Part shown: positions 25,230 through 34,500 of the stretch, in pieces
Layout: every line of letters starts with the position of its first letter
Position numbering within the stretch: the first letter of the stretch is position 1
NCBI GenBank assembly: GCA_051294375.1
Contig: CM119263.1
Location: 12,813,723 to 12,877,722, forward strand
DNA from: Paraspadella gotoi
Taxonomy: Eukaryota > Animalia > Chaetognatha
DNA: 64,000 nucleotides
Direction: 5' to 3'
Notes under the pieces: model-generated
Seen by the model: the letters and a program-made list of their open reading frames with translations, nothing else
What the model was told of the DNA's origin: nothing
Databases searched by the model: none
Program-made: the position numbers and the translations under genes

Positions 25230-26395
25230 TAGTGTTCCGATAACCGTTAACTGTTAACCGGTTAAAAGTAATTTTAACTTAACCGTTAATATATTTATTT
25301 TAACGGTTAAATTCGGTTAATTTTCAAATGTGATTTTTTTTCATTTTTGGTATGAAATCTTTAAATTTAAAAAAAAAAATATTTTTTTCCTATCCTCTCT
25401 TATTCTCCTCTCCCCTTCTCACCATATTTTTACCCCTCTCTCTCTTCTCCACTTTTTCCCTGCTTTTTTCCTTTGTTATTTTCTTCTTTTTTTTCTATCC
25501 TAATCTCTCTCTTATTCTTTCTTCCCCTTTATTTATTCTCCTCCTGTTTCTTTCTTTTCTTTCTCACTTTTCCCCTTTTTCTTCCCCATTTCTTATCTCT
25601 CCTTTTTTCTCCCTTTTTCTCCCTTCCATGCAATAATATATATTCAATTTAGTTAAAAATAAATAATCCTTCTTATTTTACTTTTCTCCCTCTTTAAAAT
25701 GAACAAAGAAGCAAATGAAATAAAACGAATGAATGAAAAAAATTAATAAAAACCGAATAAAAAAATTTTTATAAAAAATTAAAAAATTGATAATAGAAGG
25801 AACGAATCTTAAAAAAGACATTAAGGCTAACTAAAAACTAAAACTACTTTTTAATTAACTGAAAAATATATTTATTAATCAATAAATATTTTGATCAATC
25901 GATAAATCAACCAGTCTATCAATAAATTAAAATTCATATTTATATTAATGGTCAATGACCATTGGTCATGGTTTATGAAAGACTAACAACAGAAAACAAG
26001 CGTTCAAGAAACTAACAACTACAAAAATTAGGAAGAGAGGTAGTGAAAAAAAAAATAGAAAGCAAAAGGAAGAAGAGAAAACAAAATATACTAGAATTAG
26101 TATTCGATGGTATCTTTTCGTTTCGTTGCATTATGAGATTAACAAAAATATTTGTTTTGTTACAACAACAGAAAAAATAGACATGTTTCGACTCTGTTTC
26201 GAGTCTTCTTCAGCGCATTCAGGAGCCAGAGTTAAAGAGAAAATACCATTAAATATTTTAGTTTGTTTTAAATCTTAATATTTTAAATTTAAAGTTAAAT
26301 TATAAAATTAACCGATCTTAACGGTTAACCGTTAAAAATGTTAGTTTTAACGGTTAAGCGAATTTTCTAAAAAATTAACGGTTATCGGAACTCTA
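25230..26395. mobile_element. Non-autonomous hAT element
   Basis: TIRs TAGTGTTCCGATAACCGTTAA / TTAACGGTTATCGGAACTCTA, perfect 8-bp TSD ATCAGGAA (25222-25229 and 26396-26403), clustered AACCG/CGGTT subterminal motifs. Confidence 0.95.
26177..26216 (-). ncRNA. Minimal type I hammerhead ribozyme inside the hAT element
   Basis: Reverse complement GCG-CTGAAGA-A-GACTC[GAAACA]GAGTC-GAAA-CATG-TC-TAT; stem I is weakened. Confidence 0.8.
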
Positions 26396-27366
26396 ATCAG
26401 GAACTTTCAAAAATGCATGGTATTTCTGGGAGATCTACCCCTCACTTATATCGCCAAATTATCACCACAACCAAATACAAACTTTAATCACCTTGCTTCG
26501 CATATCATCGCCAACCCACATGTTTCTTAATAAGATTGTGACCCCCCTCCAATTTGATTTGTTTTATATGATTACCTGTACCCCACACCAAAACCCATTC
26601 TCTCCTTTATCCCCTCCTCACATTCACGATCTCAGCACGGTTAGGCAATTTCACTATGCACCACCACGATGACGTCTCACCCCATTCAAAGCCTCATACG
26701 CCATCTTGACCCAAGAGAGGAGCCCAGTATAAAAGGAGATAGACCGACGCGGGTCAATTACCCCTCTCTTTCTCATTCACCTCTTCCTCAATCCTCATCC
26801 TACTCCCAGGGATTCAGGGCCACGCTCACGAGGTTCAGTTCACCTTTCTCTCTCTTCTCCTACTAGTTTCTTCCTTGTTTACCCTCATGATTTCGTAGCC
26901 GTATACAGTACCGGTCTTGGCTTTCCTTCATAAGTCCAGGGAAGCTATTTCTTCTATAATAATGAATGGAATGACTTGATATGCATGTGTGGGATGGAAC
27001 TCGGTATGGTCTATTCCCCATTCTATATTTCAAAAAAAAATTTTGAAGTTTTGTTTTGAGCATCATTTTTTAAAAGAAATTTAATTTGCATACTGTGCTC
27101 AAAATACTTAAACGATATCATTTTTTTTCTCAGTAAAAATTAATCTAACATTACTTGGTCTAATGGTAAAGTGTTAGACTGAATAAAAAAAAATATTTAT
27201 TAATTTATGCATAGTTGCTAATTATAATAATTAGCTTATTATCTATTTTTTATTTATTAGTTCAACTTTTTATTATAGAAATTAATAGTTGATTGATAGG
27301 CAGTTTTATTCCTGTAATCAAATTATAATTATTTTTATTATTAACTAGTTATTTTTAATATATTAC

Positions 27367-27487
27367 TAACAAAGTTTGATTTTATTTTTGCAACGAATTT
27401 TATTTTACAAGAGCAGACATGTTTCGGCTCACAATATGAACCTTCATCAGCGCATATGAGTTGTGAACTTGATACAAGTTTTTAGTT

Positions 27488-27520
<33 letters not shown>

Positions 27521-27627
27521 GTTAAAGGTTTCCAACAAAGAATTGAGTAAGGACAGTGATCAGTGGTGAGGACAGATTTTTAGAAGTGGCTAGTTTGAAT
27601 AAGTTTTGAAAAGAAGTGAAAATTGGT

Positions 27628-27659
<32 letters not shown>

Positions 27660-27858
27660 AATAAATAAATAATTACATTTGAGCAATGTACAACATAGAT
27701 AAATATAATGGAAACTGTTTAATAACAAATTGAAATAAATTAATTTTTTAAATTGAAAAGTTGAAATTGAAATTGAGAAGTTGGAAATTGAGATTTTAGA
27801 GGGATAGATAAGTAAAGATTGTAGTGAAATATAAGAATTTAGAAAGAGCTCAAATGAG
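27367..27858 (-). repeat. Left inverted arm (pseudo-LTR-like, AT-rich, hammerhead-bearing)
   Basis: Reverse complement of 29299-29773 from TAACAAAGTTTGA to GAGCTCAAATGAG, with few substitutions and different (AG)n lengths. Confidence 0.95.
27413..27453 (-). ncRNA. Minimal type I hammerhead ribozyme, sense to and downstream of the Penelope ORF
   Basis: GCG-CTGATGA-A-GGTTCA[TATTG]TGAGCC-GAAA-CATG-TC-TGC. Confidence 0.9.
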
Positions 27859-27926
27859 CTGGGCCCCCCCCGGTCTTATGAAGGAGAGGTATTGCTGACG
27901 GGGCCGGGTCATTGGCGCGTCATGGG

Positions 27927-29303
27927 TTAAGAGGATAATGGGATTGATCTCGTGTTGGCTGGCTCAGGTATTGTTCCCTGAGGAAACAAACCCAAGGCCA
28001 CCCTTATATCCCTCTGGCCTGATGCGCCTGCCGGCGGCCCTCTTCTCACCTGACGTTGAGGCGGTCGGGTATCCACTCTTGCCACTTTAGTGACTGGGAT
28101 GGTGGAATCCTCTTCATCTTCCTGTAGCCGTCGTTTGGGACGACGCCCAAACCTCAGAGAAAGAGGCTGAGTTGCTGCCGTAGATTCGGAGGTGTCAGGT
28201 GCCCATTGTTTAACCGAGGGTCTCCGCCTGACCCGTTGAGTAGGGATAAGGGAGTCATTGTGCGGTTGTGGTGGTGTGGGGCGTTCCACCACTGCTCTTA
28301 TAAGCAAATCATAGTTTGGAGGGAGATTGAATCGTCCTCCATCACGGTTCAAAGAGGGTTCGAGGGCCTTGATGTAAATGGCCTCTCTAATACCTCTTGA
28401 GAACCAGTTAGGATCATGGGACAGCACGAGACAGTCCTCTCTGAACCAATGACCACTGAGTGTTGCGTGCTCGGCTATGGCAGACATGTGCCCACGCGCA
28501 TCTCTGTAAGGTCTCATATGCTGCTGGAATCGATCCCAGAGAGACTTTCCTGTCTCGCCCACATATGCTGCTGCACAGGATTGGTTGCCCGCCCCTGCAC
28601 AGGCCGCCCAATAGACGGCTCTTGATGTTTTCGGTCTGGGGATTTTGTCTTTCGGTTTCACCAATTGCTCACGTAGGGGGCCGCGGGCCGTCACTGAGGT
28701 GGAGATCCCCTGCTTTGCTAGAACCCGCACCAATGACTCAGTGATCCCCTGGTGGTAGGGGAGGGACAAGTGGCCCACGTTCCTGGGACGCTTCTGCTTA
28801 TCTTCCAATTGCGCTGTGGTGGGCGCGGTAGGCATTTCAGCAGCAAGATCCCAACCATCCTCCTGGGGGGCAGAGGATGTGCCAACGCCAGCGGTTATTT
28901 GGGTAGTCCCCTGCTGGCCACTACCCTCAGCCGGTTTCTGCCGATACCTTGCTTTCTCGAATGCCCACAGAGGGTAATTATTGAGCGCCAAGGCTCTTTT
29001 GACGTGCTCAAGCTCGGCGGCCTGAAGCTCGGGGGTCGACGGAATCAGTGCAGCTCTCCTGGTAAGGGACCTGACTGTGGCGAGCTTATGGCTCAAGGGA
29101 GCATGTGAATCAGAGGGAATGTACTGATCTGTGTGTGTTGGTTTACGATAGACTGTGAACTCCAATGAACCGCCCTCTTTGCGCTGAATCAGCACATCGA
29201 GCATTGGAATTGCACCATTCACCTCTTTTTCACATGTCCACTTGATGCTCGCATGCTTGCTGTTCAAATGGTTTAGTAGGTCCTCAATGAGGTCCTTTCT
29301 CAT
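27927..29303 (-). CDS. 5'-truncated Penelope-like element ORF: RT C-terminus/thumb + GIY-YIG endonuclease (Penelope/Poseidon type) + basic C-terminal extension
   Basis: HLNS.H.SIKWT.E.E.NG.IPMLDV...VYRKPTHTDQY...SH.P..HK (RT end/thumb); LPY..G; AVY..AC......C...YVGETGKSL..RF.QH; SAIAEH....GH; R.IREAIYIK...PSLNRDGG. The catalytic YxDD motif is absent. Confidence 0.93.
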   Translation of the reverse strand: MRKDLIEDLLNHLNSKHASIKWTCEKEVNGAIPMLDVLIQRKEGGSLEFTVYRKPTHTDQYIPSDSHAPLSHKLATVRSLTRRAALIPSTPELQAAELEHVKRALALNNYPLWAFEKARYRQKPAEGSGQQGTTQITAGVGTSSAPQEDGWDLAAEMPTAPTTAQLEDKQKRPRNVGHLSLPYHQGITESLVRVLAKQGISTSVTARGPLREQLVKPKDKIPRPKTSRAVYWAACAGAGNQSCAAAYVGETGKSLWDRFQQHMRPYRDARGHMSAIAEHATLSGHWFREDCLVLSHDPNWFSRGIREAIYIKALEPSLNRDGGRFNLPPNYDLLIRAVVERPTPPQPHNDSLIPTQRVRRRPSVKQWAPDTSESTAATQPLSLRFGRRPKRRLQEDEEDSTIPVTKVARVDTRPPQRQVRRGPPAGASGQRDIRVALGLFPQGTIPEPANTRSIPLSS

Positions 29304-29773
29304 TTGAGCTCTTTCTTAATTCTTATATTTCACAACAATCTTTACTTATCTATCCCTCTAAAATCTCAATTTCCAACTTCTTAATTTCAATTTCAACTTT
29401 TCAATTTAAAAAATTAATTTATTTCAATTTGTTATTAAACAGTTTCCATTATCTTTATCTATGTTGTACATTGCTCAAATGTAATTATTTATTTATTTCT
29501 CTCTCTCTCTCTGTCTCTCTCACCAATTTTCACTTCTTTTCAAAACTTATTCAAACTAGCCACTTCTAAAAATCTGTCCTCACCACTGATCACTGTCCTT
29601 ACTCAATTCTTTGTTAGAGACCTTTAACCCCCTCTCTCTCTCTCTCTTTCTTTAACTAAAAACTTGTATCAAGTTCACAATCATATGCGGCTGATGAAGG
29701 CTCGTATGTGAGCCGAAACATGTCTGCTCTTGTAAAATAAAATTCGTTGCAAAAATAAAATCAAACTTTGTTA
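29299..29773 (+). repeat. Right inverted arm (hammerhead-bearing)
   Basis: Reverse complement of 27367-27858; its innermost bases overlap the ATG of the Penelope ORF. Confidence 0.95.
29687..29727 (+). ncRNA. Minimal type I hammerhead ribozyme
   Basis: GCGG-CTGATGA-A-GGCTCG[TATG]TGAGCC-GAAA-CATG-TC-TGC. Confidence 0.9.
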
Positions 29774-29873
29774 ATCTCTCAAACAACGAAAAAGAAAGGA
29801 TAATTAGCATGAATACCTGTAGTCGGGCATTGCCTAGGTTCACCCCGCCTATAAGCATGACACCTTCAGTCCT

Positions 29874-29946
29874 GACCCGGTGGCTCATTGAGTAAAGCCA
29901 TCAGCTCATGACCACTAGGTACCGGGTTCAATCCCAACCCGGTACC
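29874..29946 (+). promoter_or_regulatory. tRNA-derived Pol III internal promoter (SINE-type head)
   Basis: A-box-like TGGCTCATTGAG (29881) and B-box GGTTCAATCC (29925) at tRNA-like spacing; CT-CAT-GA at the anticodon position; TATAAG about 24 nt upstream. The cloverleaf stems are broken, so it is not a functional tRNA. Confidence 0.65.
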
Positions 29947-29950
29947 TACC

Positions 29951-30038
29951 CTGTGGGAAGCGTGAGGACGGCCGTAAGCCGCCTTGGGGGCGTGGCAACC
30001 CCTCAAGCCTGGTTCCAAGCCCAGGACCCGTTCCATGG
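29951..30038 (+). ncRNA. Candidate twister ribozyme, P5-type permutation
   Basis: GAG-GA, CGGCCG (P1), TAA, GCC, GC, P3 hairpin CTTGGGGG/CCCTCAAG, P4 CCTGG/CCAGG with loop TTCCAAGC, and P5 CTGTGGGA/TTCCATGG. Both pseudoknot pairings (GGA:TCC and GC:GC) are possible; P2 is imperfect. Confidence 0.6.
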
Positions 30039-30314
30039 CTACTAAAGGGGGTTATAGAAGTTACGGATAGTCATCTTCAGCCCACTTAGCGCCTTATCCA
30101 CACTGGTGAGCCCATCCTGTCGAGCGTATTCCAACCTTCTGATTCCAGGCCCATGGACGTGCTGAAGATTGCTCCCCTCCCTCCACTGGAAGCAGTGCAG
30201 GGTGGGTTACAATCTGGGGGGCATGTAGTCGGGCATTGCCTAGGTTCACCCCGCCTATAAGCATGACACCTTCAGTCCTGACCCGGTGGCTCATTGAGTA
30301 AAGGGTGGCTGTGG

Positions 30315-30814
30315 TATTCCTCCCACACGGGATTCCTCCCAACTGGATTCCTCCCACACGGGATTCCTCCACGCGGGATTCCTCCCCATGGGATTCCTCC
30401 CACACAGAATTCCTCCCACGCAGGATTCCTCCCGCGGGATTCCTCCACACAGAACTCCTCCCCAAGGAATTCCTCCCACACGGGATTCCTCCCCTTGGAA
30501 TTCCTCCCATAGAATTCCTCCCACACGGGATTCCTCCCACACAGGATTCCTCCCCAAAGAATTCCTCCCACGCGGGATTCTCCCACGCGGGATTCCTCCC
30601 TCACGGAATTTCCCCACACGGGATTCCTCCCACGCGGGATTCCTCCCACACGGGATTCCTCCCACGCGGGATACTCCCACACGGGATTCCTCCCACGCGG
30701 GATTCCTCCACGCGGAATTCCTCCACACGGGATTCCTCCCACACGGGATTCCTCCCACATGAGATTCCTCCACACTGATTTTCTTCTCACACGGGATTCC
30801 TCCCACACGGGATT
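30315..30814. repeat. 16-bp GC-rich minisatellite GGATTCCTCCCACACG (~30 copies)
   Basis: Direct tandem periodicity; explains the overlapping pseudo-ORFs at 30094-30893. Confidence 0.97.
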
Positions 30815-30832
30815 CATTGATTGATTGATTGA

Positions 30833-31059
30833 TTGACCAAATTATGCCAATTGACAAAAATATGCCAGTTGACCAAATTCTGCAAGTTGACAATTCAAAT
30901 TATGCCAGTTGACCAAATTATGCCAGTTGACCAAATTCTACAAGTTGACCAAATTATGCCTGTTGACCAAATTAATGCCAGTTGACCAATATTATGCCAT
31001 TGATAAAATTATGCCAGTTGACCAAATTATGCCGGTTGACCAAATAATGTTAATTGACC
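30833..31059. repeat. 18-bp minisatellite GTTGACCAAATTATGCCA (~12 copies), preceded by (GATT)n
   Basis: Direct tandem periodicity; interrupted by the Gypsy LTR at 31060. Confidence 0.95.
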
Positions 31060-31541
31060 TGTGGCGACCAACTGGATCCGCGTAATTCGAAGATGCGGGA
31101 TCGACGTCGAGGTCGCCAACTTCTTCTTGAAGGCCGTCTTGATGTCGAGAGCGTTGAGGGATGCTTCTTTTAAGCTTCGTAAAAACAGTCTGAACAAAGT
31201 CTTATTTTGTTCGGCGTTAAAAGGAGAACCTTACAATTAACATAATGTAAAGCAAGAATTACAATTAAGTAATAACGATAAAAATTGATGGCTGAAGTTT
31301 AAAGTAAGAGAGAGAAAATAGTGAATGATTTTCACACAACAAGATAATACAAAGCAGATATTGCTGCTAAACTAGTAGAGGTAGTTAAACGTTGATAAGG
31401 TTCTTTTGTTTGATATATATTTTATTATATATGAGACGAGTTAAAATATAAGAGTTCTTTGTTCATGATTTAATATCAGCCAAAGTGGCGCTTGTGGCTG
31501 ATGCGTTACTCGTGACGAGGGTCCCGGGATCGCATCCCACA
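31060..31541 (-). repeat. 3' LTR
   Basis: TGTGGCG...ATCCCACA; near-identical to 36303-36791 with a few substitutions and indels. Confidence 0.97.
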
Positions 31542-34500
31542 TCCCCCCCAGACGAGGAGACGGAAGGAGACGAGGAAAGTAAGTGANNNNNNNNNNAACG
31601 GTTGGGCTCAGTTTCTTCCTTTTGTTGTACAAGTAAATGTTTGAGGACTGAGGCGTAATCAGGGCGTGTCCCCGCATTGGCGTCGCGTTGGGGCGGAGGC
31701 ATCTCCGGATTTGCACGAGGCATCTGAGATGCTGGAGCGACGATGGAGGCGTTCTCCCTTTCACCAGACGTGGGCGTAGTCGGAAATGCATCGGCGTCAT
31801 TTTTGGCGACGCCATTGACGCCATTTGGCTCGTTCTCCTCGTTACTTGTGCAAACTCGTTCCAATCGAGTTCTTGAGCGGGTTTGAATTGATGATGGCGG
31901 GATTGACCGGGCGCGGCGACCGGGTCGACGACGTGGTGGCGCTGGGGGTGGCGGTGCTTCCTCTTCCGCCATGGCGCCATCTTCCGGAGCGTCGGCCCAC
32001 ACGTTCGCTGGTTTAATGCGCGCGATGGCAATTGTCTGGACGCCTCTCCCTGGTAATTCAACTTGGAAATTCAGATTATCTCGACTGACGACCTTGAAGG
32101 GNNNNNNNNNNGGTGCCGTGAGGGGTGGACTGACGCCGCCTCTCCTGATAAAGACGTGGGATGTGGTCGCNNNNNNNNNNGGGAGATGAACCCGAGGTGT
32201 TCGGTGGTTGCTCGTTGGGACTGGTTGAAGTCGTTCAACCTCAAGACGCAGTTCGTCACGCAGGCGGCGCTGCGCTGCTTCTTCGTCCGCGGCGTCATGC
32301 GCTGGGCCGAGGACGGCGCCGGGAATTGCCAGACCATCACCATAGACGAGCTGGGCTGGGGATGCGCCTATGTCTGGCTTGACCGTCGTGCGGATTGCTA
32401 ATAGCGCCGCAGGAAGGCGCCAAAACCAATTTGTTGGGTCGCCGATACCAAGGGCAATCAGCGATTCTTTTAGACGACGGTGAAATCTCTCAACGAGACC
32501 GTTTGACTCCGGATGATATGCAGTTGTCTGGTGGAGCTTACAGTTCCATGTTTGTGCCAACTGCTTCCAGATGGTGGAGGAAAATTGTGTACCGCGGTCT
32601 GTCGTCAGGTCGGACGGAATTCCAAAGGATGCTACCCAGCCATGAGTGAAGGAGTCAGCAACCGTTGCGGCAGTGATGTCCTTCATGGGGATTGCCATTG
32701 GCCATCGAGATAAACGGTCCACTGCGGTGAGGAGATAGGAGAAACCGTTGGAATGAGGCATCATGACTATGTCCACGTGGACGTGTTGGAAACGACGAGG
32801 AGGGACTGTAAACTCTCCAATCTCCGGGACTGTGTGGCGTGAGACCTTTGCCCTTTGACAAGCAATGCAATCTCTAGCCCAACGCGTGACGTCGGCACGC
32901 ATTGTGGGCCAAACAAATTTCTCTGCGATGGCTTCCCTTGTTCGGGCCACCCCCGGGTGGCCAAGGCCGTGAATCGCGTCAAAGATTTTGCGTCGCCAGG
33001 CTTCCGGAACAAATGGGCGTGCAGGGCCGTTGGAAACGTCGACGATCATTTCCTGGTCACCGAGCTTTATTCGGCGAAAACGAAGGCCAGTGCGCGCATC
33101 TTCCATGAGTTGACGGAACTCTCGATCGAGGGGCTGTTGGCGGGCGAGATCCTGGAGGTCGATGTTGAAGTGGGAGATTGCGGCGGCTACTCTGGTTAAG
33201 TCCTCGGTCTTGTTTGAGTCCAGCGGTTTGTTTATCGAGGCGACTACAGCTGGGAGTGGGGCATTAGGTCGAGATAATGCATCGGCCACAACATTGGCCT
33301 TGCCCTCAACGTGTCTGATGTCCGTTGTAAATTCCGCTATCACGGACAACTGGAATGTGTGGCGTGCTGTCTGGGGTTCACTCTTTTTGTGAAGTGCATG
33401 GATCAAACTCATATGATCCGTATAAAGGGTAAAGCTTCTCCCTTCCAGCCAATGGCGGAAATGGCGTACTGCTCGAAAGGCTCCATATAACTCGCGGTCA
33501 AATGGGGGCCACTTCCTTTGACTATCGGACAGTTTGGCAGAGAAGAAGGCCAATGGTTCCCAACCCTTCTCGCCGCGTTGCTCCAACACTGCACCAACTG
33601 CGTAATCCGACGCGTCTGTTGTGAGCGAAAGTTGGGCACCAGTTCGAGGGTGTCGAAGGAGTACAGCATTGGCCAGGGCCTCTTTGACGGCCTCAAACCC
33701 TTGTTGACAAGCGGGTGACCAGTTGAGACGCTTGGGTTTACCTTGAAGGCTGTCGTACAGCGGTGTTGCATGGTGGGCTACCCTGGGAATGAATCGCCGA
33801 TAGTAATTGATCATTCCCAGGAAGCGCTGCAGCTCCTTGATTGTGGTTGGCGGGGTAGTTTGGCGCAATGCCTCGACCCTCTGGGGGAGTGGTCGCACGC
33901 CGTCAGAGTCGACAAAATATCCGAGGAACTCTAGAGAGCTTTGACCCAGGATACATTTCTTCCGGTTTACTACCAGGCCATTGTCCTCGAGGGCACCGAA
34001 AACTGCTTCAAGGTCCTCGAGATGCTGTTCCTCGGTTTCGCTTGCCACGAGAATGTCGTCAAGGTAAACGTAAACACGTGGCAACTCCCCCAGGATTTCG
34101 TCCATCAATCTCTGAAAATCCTGGCCGGCGTTTTTAAGGCCGAAGGGAGTGCGCAGGAAAACGTAGAGGCCGAAGGGTGTGATGACAGCAGTTTTGGGCA
34201 CATCCTCTTCGGCCACCGGGATCTGGTGATATCCTTTAAGCAAGTCTATCTTGGAGAATATCTTCTTCCCGGCTAGCTGGGCATTGAAGTCGGCCAGCAG
34301 CTTTACTGGGTATCGATCGGGGATTGTTTGAGCATTCAGACGCCGATAGTCCCCGCAGACGCGCCAGCCACCATCTGCCTTCGAGACACAGTGGAGTGGA
34401 GATGACCAGGGGCTCTTGGCGCGGACGGCCACTCCAAGGGCAACCATGCGGTCGAGCTCCGCTTTGGCGATGGCCAATTTCTCGGGGGAAAGGCGGCGTG

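Larger units (their letters stand above)
24803..26907 (+). mobile_element. Non-coding element bounded by ~100-bp diverged direct repeats (24803-24901 and 26806-26907), interrupted by a hAT insertion
   Basis: CCAGGG.TT..GGGCC.CG.TCACGAG.T.CAGTTCACCTTTCTCTCTCTT.TCCT...TTTACCCTCATGATTT.GT.GCCGTATA at both ends; TATAAAA at 26728. Confidence 0.65.
29818..30303 (+). mobile_element. GC-rich non-coding retroelement-like unit, 406-bp period, with an 80-bp direct terminal repeat (29818-29897 = 30224-30303)
   Basis: TGTAGTCGGGCATTGCC...GGTGGCTCATTGAGTAAAG is present identically twice. Contains a tRNA-like head and a twister-like motif. Confidence 0.75.

Noticed and set aside
29874-29946. tRNA-Met gene
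   Set aside because: A/B boxes and CAT are present, but the anticodon and acceptor stems do not pair properly; treated as a SINE-type head.
30028-30082. Minus-strand CTGAAGATGACTA as a hammerhead start
   Set aside because: No GAAA/stem III at the required position.
30094-30893. Six overlapping ORFs of 70-200 aa (GGIPCGRN/WEESRV repeats)
   Set aside because: Translation of the stop-poor 16-bp minisatellite in all frames.
30315-31059. Regular short repeats resembling a CRISPR array
   Set aside because: Head-to-tail units with no unique spacers, eukaryotic context, no cas genes.
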